From positions 1-20,307 of the forward strand of contig CAZYZZ010000009.1 in assembly GCA_964651995.1 (NCBI GenBank): 20,307 nucleotides of DNA, in the 5' to 3' direction. The stretch is from Candidatus Micrarchaeota archaeon (GTDB taxonomy: Archaea; Micrarchaeota; Micrarchaeia; Anstonellales; Bilamarchaeaceae). Position numbers and translations under genes: made by a program. This document shows, piece after piece, positions 6,712 to 14,595 of this stretch. Every line of letters begins with the position of its first letter. The stretch's first letter is position 1. The notes beneath the pieces are model-generated. The model made no database searches, was not told where the DNA came from, and was given only the letters and a program-made list of their open reading frames with translations.

Positions 6712-7914
6712 TCATCTTGACTTGTATCTGAGAAATGCCCCCACTCCTGCAAATCCGTTTAGGAACTGCGCTCCCTCAGTGGTGTTTGTCGATATGATCT
6801 CTACTTCTATATTGTTCTCCCTTGCAAGATCTGCCAGGGACTCCAGAAGAGGCTGCTTTTCGCGCAGTTTAAGCTCTCCTTCTCCTGACGGATTTGGAAT
6901 TGTTTCAGGAGCATCATCACGAAATACCTTTCTTGCCTCATTTCCCTTGGAATCAGAATAAGTTCCGACAATGTGCTCTACTCCCTCAGAAATCAGCACT
7001 TTGTCTGCCTGTTTTGAAACAATAGCTTCCCGGACCTGCCCCTCACCATATGTTGCAAGTCCGTCATGGACAACTTCATTGATGAACCTGTCGATTATCT
7101 CCTTTTCCTTTATCGCTTCCTGGGCCTCGAGAATCGAGCCGCATTTTGAGAGGATCTCACGAACCCCATATTCGTCGCTGTATCCAACATCGACTGTTCC
7201 CATGATCTTCAGCTGGTAGTTGAAGTACTTTTTCTCAATGAAATAGTCCTTTATGGGCCCCGGGCCTCCTATTATCACTCCTTTTACCTTGCCAAGAAAA
7301 GCCCTGTCCATGCCCTCTCCTACTCTCTTGTAGTAATTCTCCTTCTGCTCTTCAACAAGCCTCTCATATCTCCTTGCGCTCTGCCCTCCCTTTCTTACCT
7401 TTGCATGAGCAAGAGAGTGGATCTTATCGTCAATCTCAATATATGTGCCCTTGACCCTGGCAAGTGTTGCATCGCTTCCATCAATTGCTACTATCCCATA
7501 GGAGTCAGTTGACTCAAGCATCCTCTCAAGAGGCTCCAGAAAGAATTTGCTGTCGCAGCGGTATGCGCCGATTGTCAAGGGCGAAATTGGATTTACTGCA
7601 AAGAGCTCTATGTCAATTTTTGCAGGGTTGTCGGATATGTTCCCTGCAAATACCACTATCCCGTCATCAGGGGTTTTTTTGTATATCTTCAGGTAATTGA
7701 GGATCTTCTCAAGTGCTCCGCTTACATTTAATTTTGTGGATTTTGACTTGATGTTGCTTGCCTGTCCAAGTTCTTCCCTGAGTTTGGCAGTAGTATCATG
7801 CAGGGGCGATCCGCTTGCAATATATACAGAAATGAGCTCGGTTCCACTGCCCCGAAATTCCTGTAATTTCCGTATCTGCTTTTTGAATAGATACATCTTT
7901 TCAGTTTCTGCCAT
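6712..7914 (-). CDS. prf1: Archaeal peptide chain release factor 1 (aRF1)
   Basis: NIKS stop-codon-recognition motif (GQASNIKSKSTK) and GGQ motif (KVRKGGQSARRYERL). 400 aa. AT-rich TATA-like tract about 26 nt upstream of the ATG. Confidence 0.95.
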   Translation of the reverse strand: MAETEKMYLFKKQIRKLQEFRGSGTELISVYIASGSPLHDTTAKLREELGQASNIKSKSTKLNVSGALEKILNYLKIYKKTPDDGIVVFAGNISDNPAKIDIELFAVNPISPLTIGAYRCDSKFFLEPLERMLESTDSYGIVAIDGSDATLARVKGTYIEIDDKIHSLAHAKVRKGGQSARRYERLVEEQKENYYKRVGEGMDRAFLGKVKGVIIGGPGPIKDYFIEKKYFNYQLKIMGTVDVGYSDEYGVREILSKCGSILEAQEAIKEKEIIDRFINEVVHDGLATYGEGQVREAIVSKQADKVLISEGVEHIVGTYSDSKGNEARKVFRDDAPETIPNPSGEGELKLREKQPLLESLADLARENNIEVEIISTNTTEGAQFLNGFAGVGAFLRYKSR

Positions 7915-7947
7915 AACCCCGACCCTTGGAAAAAATAATAAAAAAAA

Positions 7948-8511
7948 TTATTTCTTCACTTCAACTCTTCCATCTTCAATATAGTACTTCATCTCTACGA
8001 TTTTTAACTTGCCTTCTTTCTCAAGATTCCGGACTATCTCGCTTCTTCTTCGGATCTCCTCACTTGCAACGTTCATGTTGAAGACAACAGATTCCTCGAC
8101 TTTGTCTGCTCCTCCTTTTTCAACAGCAGGCCTTATCTTCTCAAGTATTGCTGCGATATTCGGTGGACATGCTGCTCCTTCACAGGCAGCGGTTACTGCT
8201 CCGCACTTCTCATGTCCTAGTATGACCAGCAGGGGAGTCTTGAGATGCGAAACTCCATATTCTATTGATCCGAGCGCGAGTGTGTCAACACAGTGCCCAG
8301 CGTTCATGACTACGAAAATCTCTCCGAGGTTTACATCAAATACGAATTCCGGAACCACTCTTGAATCCGAGCATCCGATAACTGTTGCAAATGGGTGCTG
8401 ACCATCCTTGTTTGCCTCCCTGGCACTCCCTACGTCTTTTTCAGGCAGCTTGCCGCTCATATATCTCTTATTTCCCTCTAACAATTTGTTTATTGCACTC
8501 TCTGCATCCAT
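7948..8511 (-). CDS. Beta-class carbonic anhydrase
   Basis: Zinc and dyad motifs VIGCSDSRV and VILGHEKCGAV, plus FVVMNAGH. The track ORF starts at TTG 8529. ATG 8511 (MDAESAINKLLEGNKRY) is preceded by AGGTGA 8 nt upstream and is preferred. Confidence 0.9.
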   Translation of the reverse strand: MDAESAINKLLEGNKRYMSGKLPEKDVGSAREANKDGQHPFATVIGCSDSRVVPEFVFDVNLGEIFVVMNAGHCVDTLALGSIEYGVSHLKTPLLVILGHEKCGAVTAACEGAACPPNIAAILEKIRPAVEKGGADKVEESVVFNMNVASEEIRRRSEIVRNLEKEGKLKIVEMKYYIEDGRVEVKK

Positions 8512-8558
8512 AATTAATTCACCTGTCAAATATTCTGGAATTAATCTCAGCAGATATG

Positions 8559-8565
8559 TTTAAAA
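8559..8565 (+). promoter_or_regulatory. TATA box (TTTAAAA) 27 nt upstream of ATG 8589
   Basis: Supports ATG 8589 rather than the track start at 8556, because 8556 lies within the TATA element itself. Confidence 0.45.
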
Positions 8566-8588
8566 CCCCTATTTACCATATTAATATC

Positions 8589-9689
8589 ATGTCTAGCCAC
8601 AGTATAACACAAAAGGGTAAACCCAGGGAGGACGAGACAAAGAAAGTTTTGCACATGCCTTTGAGCAGCTCACGCACACTTGAGCTTAAGGAAAAGCACA
8701 GAGCAGGTGGACAAGGCGCATTGAATGCAAGAGAATCACGGGAGCTGATGCTCGGCGGAAACAAAAATCACCAGGAGAGAGTTCTTGCATCCGGCACTAC
8801 CCCCAAATCACGATACGAAAAGATCACTGCCAGGGAAGCTGATTACCTGACAGTTGCATGTTCTGATGCAAGAAACCAGACACTTGATTCTGAAGATGAC
8901 AAATTAGTAGGACTCCAGATCAGGGTTGCAGGAAATGTTGTTCCTGAGAGCGGAGTTTCAAGAGATGAAATAAAAGAAGCCGCACAAGGCCTCAAAGAAG
9001 GCGGCCTTGTTTTGGTTACTGCCCACATCAACTGCGGTGCAGTTGCAGAGCATGTAAAATGGGAAGCAGGAGGATGCTGCGATACTGGAAGCGAGCCTCT
9101 AAACAAGCTGCTTCATGCTGTAAAAGGTGAAAATCCAAAAGAAAACGCACTTGCGCAGCTAGATCATCTTCGCGATATAGTTGGCGATGACAAGTCTGTT
9201 GCTGCAGTCATCTATGACTGGGAAACAGGATCATATGAAGTTCTGAGCCCTGAGTCCTGTGAGCTTGTTGAGCTGCTCAAATCCAAATGGGAAATGGCAC
9301 ACAAAAGAGCAGATGATGGTACTTTGGGAAAAAGCCTTAGCGCAACTCAAAAACCACATGCAATAGTAATCGGAAGCAATGATATGCCATTTAGCGTTGA
9401 TACTGTATTTGATTCTGAGCAGAACGCAATCTTCTCAACAACCGGCTCCAGCGGAGGGCTTGACAATTACGATGAGGCTTCAATCCTTTATGCAGTGGAG
9501 CACCTTGGTGTGCAGCACATTGCATTTGTTGCACCGGAAAATGATTCAACAGGTGCGATGTTTGAAAAATGGGAAGCTGACATCAGGACAATGGGTGCTG
9601 TTGCAGAAAAGCTTGATTCAGGTGCATTGAAAATCACAAGACTTGGATATGATCTCTCCAGCGGCGCATGCAGGGACATGCAGGAATAG
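8589..9689 (+). CDS. Tandem (fused) beta-carbonic-anhydrase-like protein: intact N-terminal CA domain plus a degenerate C-terminal pseudo-CA domain
   Basis: Domain 1 has VACSDARN, IRVAGNVV, VTAHINCGAV and AAVIYDWETGSYEVL. Domain 2 has the same fold signature but the ligand positions are replaced: IVIGSNDMP in place of CSDSR, FVAPENDSTGA in place of GHxxCGA, and ITRLGYDLSSGA. The start is uncertain (8556, 8589 or later). Confidence 0.75.
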   Translation: MSSHSITQKGKPREDETKKVLHMPLSSSRTLELKEKHRAGGQGALNARESRELMLGGNKNHQERVLASGTTPKSRYEKITAREADYLTVACSDARNQTLDSEDDKLVGLQIRVAGNVVPESGVSRDEIKEAAQGLKEGGLVLVTAHINCGAVAEHVKWEAGGCCDTGSEPLNKLLHAVKGENPKENALAQLDHLRDIVGDDKSVAAVIYDWETGSYEVLSPESCELVELLKSKWEMAHKRADDGTLGKSLSATQKPHAIVIGSNDMPFSVDTVFDSEQNAIFSTTGSSGGLDNYDEASILYAVEHLGVQHIAFVAPENDSTGAMFEKWEADIRTMGAVAEKLDSGALKITRLGYDLSSGACRDMQE

Positions 9690-9690
9690 T

Positions 9691-10566
9691 TCACTCAAGG
9701 ATGTCGACCGAGTCAACAACTCCATCACCATCCTCATCAAAACCCTGTACTACTCTTGCGATTTCTTCTTCTTTTCCAAGTTCTTTTTTTACAAGTGCAA
9801 TTACTGCAGCGCGGGTTCCATGGCGGTTCAACCCACCGACAAGCAGCAGCTTTGATGCGGAATTGTATGGATTTTCAATAAGCTCTATCACTCCGACATT
9901 CTCCTCATATTTTTTTCCTGAATTTCTGCTGTGGACAACAAAATTCTTCTCATCAAATCTTATCGGCAGCTTGTCATTGATATCATGGACTATTGTATTT
10001 ACTTTCGGGCCGCCGGCTACTATCAGGTTCTTTTTCTTATCCTTTGAACGTATCCTCACATCAAGCTGGTAGAGTGGAAAATCAAATGTTGCATACTGGC
10101 CAAGGTGCATTGCAAGCTCAAGCGCTCCAAATTCGCTTGCCCTTGCCCTGTATTTTCCATGGGGATCAGGAGATCCGACAACCAGAACTCCGTCAAAACG
10201 CCCCCTTCTTATGAAAGGGCTGAGGATCCTTGGGACCTCTCTTGGGATGCTTGGGGCTTTTTTCCATCCATCCTCGTTTATGGCTATTGCAATGCTCTCG
10301 GCCTTGCTTCTGTACCTCTTTGCAATCCCCCCGTTTCTCTCTTCATAATCAACAAACTCAAGAAGCCCTGCCTTCTCAAGGATCTTTATATGGTAATAGA
10401 TTGTCTGCAGGGGCATTTTCAGCTTGCGCGCAAGCTCTGCCGGATATGCAGGCTCATCGCAGATCATCTTCAGTATCTCAAGCCTGTCCTTTGAGAGCGC
10501 TCTGACTGCTTCAGAGTCAATGCCAAGACAATCCATTGATCTTCCATCGTCGTTAAACAGCCTCAT
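9691..10566 (-). CDS. ArsR-type winged-HTH regulator fused to a C-terminal S-layer-like (VGGPxVN) domain
   Basis: wHTH segment RLEILKMICDEPAYPAELARKLKMPLQTIYYHIKILEKAGLLEF. The C-terminal region has KNLIVAGGPKVNTIV and LLLVGGLNRHGTRAAVIAL, reminiscent of motifs in methanogen S-layer proteins (from memory). The track starts at GTG 10575; ATG 10566 is preferred. Confidence 0.8.
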   Translation of the reverse strand: MRLFNDDGRSMDCLGIDSEAVRALSKDRLEILKMICDEPAYPAELARKLKMPLQTIYYHIKILEKAGLLEFVDYEERNGGIAKRYRSKAESIAIAINEDGWKKAPSIPREVPRILSPFIRRGRFDGVLVVGSPDPHGKYRARASEFGALELAMHLGQYATFDFPLYQLDVRIRSKDKKKNLIVAGGPKVNTIVHDINDKLPIRFDEKNFVVHSRNSGKKYEENVGVIELIENPYNSASKLLLVGGLNRHGTRAAVIALVKKELGKEEEIARVVQGFDEDGDGVVDSVDILE

Positions 10567-10591
10567 ATGAACCACTATGAAAATTTTTGAA

Positions 10592-10616
10592 TACTATTAA
10601 AGTTTTTTCAATAGTA
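10592..10616. promoter_or_regulatory. Inverted repeat TACTATT-N11-AATAGTA in the divergent regulator/glmS intergenic region; candidate operator
   Basis: Perfect 7-bp arms, read directly from the sequence, lying between the two divergent promoters and next to the TTTTAAAAA box at 10618..10626. The AT-rich context raises the chance that this occurs by accident. Confidence 0.3.
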
Positions 10617-10617
10617 G

Positions 10618-10626
10618 TTTTAAAAA
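10618..10626 (+). promoter_or_regulatory. TATA box (TTTTAAAAA) about 38 nt upstream of the glmS ATG, with GTGAT (SD-like) at 10649..10653
   Basis: The spacing implies a short leader of about 12 nt carrying a Shine-Dalgarno-like GTGAT. Confidence 0.4.
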
Positions 10627-10659
10627 TACTTTTGGTTTTACCTCTTCTGTGATTAATTT

Positions 10660-12381
10660 ATGTGCGGGATTATCGGATATATAGGATCTAATGCAGCTTC
10701 CCAAATCCTTACCGAAGGGCTCAGGAGGCTTGAGTACCGGGGATATGATTCTGTTGGAATAGCAGTTCTCGGCAACTCCGGTCTTGAGGTGCGAAAGGAC
10801 ATCGGGATGGTTGATGAAGTTTCAGCAGCTCTTCAGTTTACCAGCGTCAATGGGCATATCGGTCTTGGACACACAAGATGGGCGACGCATGGATCTGTCT
10901 GCAGGGAAAACTCCCATCCCCATTTTGATTCCAGCAAAAAAATAGTTGCAGCTCACAATGGAGTCATTGAAAATTTTTCAAAACTCAGGGAGGATCTTAT
11001 CTCAAAGGGTCACAAATTCGTATCTGATACTGATTCAGAGCTCATACCTCATCTTATCGAGGAGAATTCAAAGGATTCTAGTCTTCTGAAAGCATTTACA
11101 AAATCCGTCCTGCAGATACAGGGCTCATATGCAATAGTCGCACTAAGCTCTAGTGATAGTGAGGAGCGGCTTTTTTTAGCCAGGAAAAACAGCCCTCTTA
11201 TCATCGGAGTCGGGCAGGGAGAGATGTTTTGCGCTTCTGATATTTCTGCAATGCTCAAGCATACAAAGACATTTGTTCCTCTTGAGGAAGGGGATATTGC
11301 AATCCTCACAAAAACAGGCTACAAGGTCTATTCGTCTGATGGTGCAGAAGTCCAAAGAAAACAGATAACAGTTGACTGGAGCGAGTCTCTTGCGCAGAAA
11401 GGAGGATATCCTCATTTCATGCTAAAGGAGATCCATGACCAGAAGCACTTTATCAACGAGAGCCTTGCAACAGATGCTGGCCAGGCAAAAAAAATGATTA
11501 ATGACTATGACAAGATCCATATCCTTGGATGCGGAACTTCATACCATGCTGCCCTGATCCTGGCGCATCTTCTTGCGGAAAAAAATATCCAGGCATTTAT
11601 TGCAAGTGATTATCCTTTTGTTGCAAGGCCTGATGAAAAGACACTGGTAATTGCAATAAGCCAGAGCGGCGAAACCGCTGACATTCTGCAGGCTCTTCGA
11701 TTTGCAGAGAATTCTCCAAAAATAGCAATAACAAACACGGTCGAATCAACAATAACAAGGCTTTGTGATCTTACTGTCTATCTTAATTCAGGCCCTGAAA
11801 TCGGGGTTGCTGCAACCAAGACATTCACTTCCCAGCTTGCAGTGATGTTCAAGCTTGCCATGGAAAAGCCAGAAGGATTATCCTCTATAATCGAGCAGAT
11901 GATTGAGAAAGAAAATGAGGTCAAGGCAATTGCAGCAAAGCTTGCAGGCTCTGAGCATGCATTCTTTTTGGCGCGCGGGATCAATGTTCCGATTGCCCAG
12001 GAAGGCTCGCTTAAGTTCAAGGAAATTACCTATATTCATTCCGAGGCATATCCCGGAGGAGAGCTTAAGCACGGAACACTGAGCCTTATTACTGAAGGGA
12101 CTCCTGTTATCGCCCTTGCCCCAAAAGACGGGACTGCAACGAAGCTTCTGGGGAACATAAAAGAGGCAAAAGCACGAGGCGCCCTTGTAATCAGCCTGAC
12201 CAATGATGATAATATAAGAAATGAGAGCGACTTTTCAATATTGCTTCCGGATGTTGATCTGCATCTTTATCCATTTGCACTGATTGTTCCTCTGCAGCTG
12301 CTTGCCTATCACGTAAGTGTTCTTCGCGGCATAAATCCTGACCGGCCAAGAAACCTGGCAAAATCAGTTACTGTAGAATAG
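10660..12381 (+). CDS. glmS: Glutamine--fructose-6-phosphate aminotransferase (isomerizing)
   Basis: N-terminal MCGIIGYIG (Ntn Cys), GHTRWATHG, two SIS domains (ISQSGETAD), and the C-terminal ...NLAKSVTVE typical of GlmS. Confidence 0.95.
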   Translation: MCGIIGYIGSNAASQILTEGLRRLEYRGYDSVGIAVLGNSGLEVRKDIGMVDEVSAALQFTSVNGHIGLGHTRWATHGSVCRENSHPHFDSSKKIVAAHNGVIENFSKLREDLISKGHKFVSDTDSELIPHLIEENSKDSSLLKAFTKSVLQIQGSYAIVALSSSDSEERLFLARKNSPLIIGVGQGEMFCASDISAMLKHTKTFVPLEEGDIAILTKTGYKVYSSDGAEVQRKQITVDWSESLAQKGGYPHFMLKEIHDQKHFINESLATDAGQAKKMINDYDKIHILGCGTSYHAALILAHLLAEKNIQAFIASDYPFVARPDEKTLVIAISQSGETADILQALRFAENSPKIAITNTVESTITRLCDLTVYLNSGPEIGVAATKTFTSQLAVMFKLAMEKPEGLSSIIEQMIEKENEVKAIAAKLAGSEHAFFLARGINVPIAQEGSLKFKEITYIHSEAYPGGELKHGTLSLITEGTPVIALAPKDGTATKLLGNIKEAKARGALVISLTNDDNIRNESDFSILLPDVDLHLYPFALIVPLQLLAYHVSVLRGINPDRPRNLAKSVTVE

Positions 12382-12382
12382 C

Positions 12383-14044
12383 CTACCTTCTTTTCTTTTT
12401 GGCAAACCTCTGCTTCAGGAACCTTGTCCAAACCTGCCAGAGCACTATTACAATAACAAGAACTCCTCCGACCAGGATGAATGGATTTACCCCACTCTCA
12501 TTTACTGTGAATTTCACTGTCTTGTCATTGAATCCGATCTTCTTCACAGTGATTGTATGGCTTGATGGTTCGTTCAGTGTTATTGTAATATTTTTGCTTG
12601 ACTGCTTTTCTTCACCATCATTGAGGTTCCATGTAAACCTTTCAACAGGAGATCCGTCATCACCGTCATTTACGTAGATTGTGAATTCCTCTCCTTCCAC
12701 AATGCTTGGCGGAACCCTGATTTTCAGGTCTGATAGCTCGGCATTTGGATCATGATTGACTGTGACTTCAGTGAATGTCGGCCCGCTCTCTTGCCCTCCT
12801 GCATCTGAAACCATGCAGAAGATGGTGTTGAGGCCCATATTGAAGTTTCCGCTTGGATCAAGGTAGTACACCCAGTTGCTCTCACCGGTCTCTGCTTCCA
12901 TCCACTCTCCGTTGTTTATGCTTATCCAGACAGCTGCATTTCCTGATTCTGAAACATAGTTTCCATTGACAACTACTTCCTTCCGTCCAATCACATCTCC
13001 CTCCATTGGATTTGTTATGGAACAGGCTCTTTCAGTACTGTATGAATAAACATTGCTGTCTTCTGATCCGAATATAACTGAATTCAGGTAGAACAAAGGA
13101 CTTCCAACTGCTCCTGCAGAAGGTCCGCTCCAGAGTATATCTCCGTTTTCTCTTGAGATAGCATAAATGTTCTTGTCTCCTGCACCGACGAATACGACAT
13201 CGATTCCTCCCATCCTTCCAAGCTCTGGCTGTGATTTGATTGCCAGCTGCGTTTTTGCCTCCCAAAGGACATTTCCGTTTGAGTCAACTGCGTAGATCCT
13301 TCCATCATTGCTTCCGAAATATGCAGTATTTGAATCAACTGCAGCACTTCCCAAAACCCAGTTTCTGGTTTGGACTTCCCAGTGCTTGAGTCCTGTGCTG
13401 ATCCTGTAGGCATGCATCTTCTTGTCAAGTGCGCCGATATAGACAACATCTCCTGAAACTACAGGGCGGGAGAGCCAGTAATTTCCATCACTGATTGTTG
13501 TTTTCCAGAGGGTCTGGCCACTATCGCTGATCTTAACCAGCTCATTGTCTTTTCCATATATTACAAAGCCGCTGCCGGCTGCCGGCGCGCTGAGAATCTG
13601 CTCTTCCTCAAAGCTTTCCAGCATTGTCACTGCTCCTGCCTTGGATATCTTGTAGACACCGCGATCTGCAGTTACGAACACGTCATTGTTGTTTGCAGTG
13701 GCACCGAAAATCCTCGAAACATTGTAGTCTGTTGTATTGAAGTCAACTTGCCAGGCTACTTTTCCGCCTGCACCTAATTTCGTCAGTTTTGCCGATGTAG
13801 TTGAAGTGAATACTGCATTGTCAAAGACAAAAACCTCATTTGGAATGACTCCGACAGAAGTGGACCATTTTCTGGTTCCGCTAACAGCATCCATCGAATA
13901 TAAGTTTCCATCATCTGAAGCAGTTACAATTGCTCCCTGATAAACAACAGGCTTGATTGAAACAGGACCATCAGTATCGAATTCCCAGACTAAAGAAGAA
14001 AAAGAAATCGAAATCAAAAGAAGAAGAGCAAGGAGTTGTTTCAT
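12383..14044 (-). CDS. Secreted, C-terminally anchored PQQ-like beta-propeller protein with Ig/PKD-like domains
   Basis: Signal peptide MKQLLALLLLISISFSS. Repeated G.[LIV]Y[AS].D..[ST]G...W propeller blades (DGNLYSMDAVSGTRKW, DKKMHAYRISTGLKHW, DGRIYAVDSNGNVLW, DKNIYAISRENGDILW). Beta-rich Ig-like C-terminal region, then TM ILVGGVLVIVIVLWQVW followed by KQRFAKKKRR. Confidence 0.85.
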   Translation of the reverse strand: MKQLLALLLLISISFSSLVWEFDTDGPVSIKPVVYQGAIVTASDDGNLYSMDAVSGTRKWSTSVGVIPNEVFVFDNAVFTSTTSAKLTKLGAGGKVAWQVDFNTTDYNVSRIFGATANNNDVFVTADRGVYKISKAGAVTMLESFEEEQILSAPAAGSGFVIYGKDNELVKISDSGQTLWKTTISDGNYWLSRPVVSGDVVYIGALDKKMHAYRISTGLKHWEVQTRNWVLGSAAVDSNTAYFGSNDGRIYAVDSNGNVLWEAKTQLAIKSQPELGRMGGIDVVFVGAGDKNIYAISRENGDILWSGPSAGAVGSPLFYLNSVIFGSEDSNVYSYSTERACSITNPMEGDVIGRKEVVVNGNYVSESGNAAVWISINNGEWMEAETGESNWVYYLDPSGNFNMGLNTIFCMVSDAGGQESGPTFTEVTVNHDPNAELSDLKIRVPPSIVEGEEFTIYVNDGDDGSPVERFTWNLNDGEEKQSSKNITITLNEPSSHTITVKKIGFNDKTVKFTVNESGVNPFILVGGVLVIVIVLWQVWTRFLKQRFAKKKRR

Positions 14045-14048
14045 GGTT

Positions 14049-14513
14049 TCACATCATAGAGTCATGTTTTCCTTCATTAACTTCTCTGATAACCTCTCTC
14101 GCATTCTTTGAATCAATAGTAATGCCCATACTAAGGCATGTCCCAAGAACTTCCTTGACAATCTCTTTTTTGTTCGATCCAAGTGAATTACTCTTTGCTG
14201 CTGCAATCTTCACTATCTTCTCAAGTGAAATATCGCCAGCAGGAGCTTCCCTGTTTCCAGCACCCTTCTCAATTCCAACTTCCTTCTTGATGATCTCACC
14301 TGTCGGAGGACTTCCGACTTCTACTGTGAATTCCTTGGTTGCTGGATCTACCATTACTTTTACCGGGACCTTCATTCCTGCAAAATCCTTTGTTGATTCA
14401 TTGATTTTTGCAACAACCTGTCCGATGTTGACTCCCATTGGAGCCAGTGCAGGTGCCAGTGGCGGCCCTGCAGATGCTTTTCCGCCTTCAACGATAACAT
14501 CAATAGTTTTCAT
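14049..14513 (-). CDS. rpl11: Large-subunit ribosomal protein uL11
   Basis: VEGGKASAGPPLAPALAPMGVNIGQVV...VKVMVDPATKEFTVEVGSPP is the characteristic uL11 N-terminal domain. GAGGT sits 7 nt upstream of the ATG. Confidence 0.95.
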   Translation of the reverse strand: MKTIDVIVEGGKASAGPPLAPALAPMGVNIGQVVAKINESTKDFAGMKVPVKVMVDPATKEFTVEVGSPPTGEIIKKEVGIEKGAGNREAPAGDISLEKIVKIAAAKSNSLGSNKKEIVKEVLGTCLSMGITIDSKNAREVIREVNEGKHDSMM

Positions 14514-14595
14514 TTCACAAAACCTCTAATTATTAGTATGATTCGTCCGAGGTTAATTGATTATGTTTATTTTATAAATCTATACTCCTTCTGGT

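Noticed and set aside
10576-10659. Possibility of a glmS ribozyme or riboswitch upstream of glmS.
   Set aside because: The glmS ribozyme is a ~170-nt structured RNA of Gram-positive bacteria. Here the leader is at most a few tens of nt, AT-rich and in an archaeal context.
14519-14556. Hairpin in the rpl11 leader: AACCTC (14521-14526) pairs with GAGGTT (14549-14554), which would sequester the GAGGT Shine-Dalgarno on the minus-strand mRNA.
   Set aside because: The stem is only 6 bp with a 22-nt AT-rich loop. The predicted TSS (about 26 nt from the TTTATAAAA box near 14574) falls at or inside the 5' arm, so the hairpin may not exist in the transcript. It is too weak to call regulatory without covariation data.
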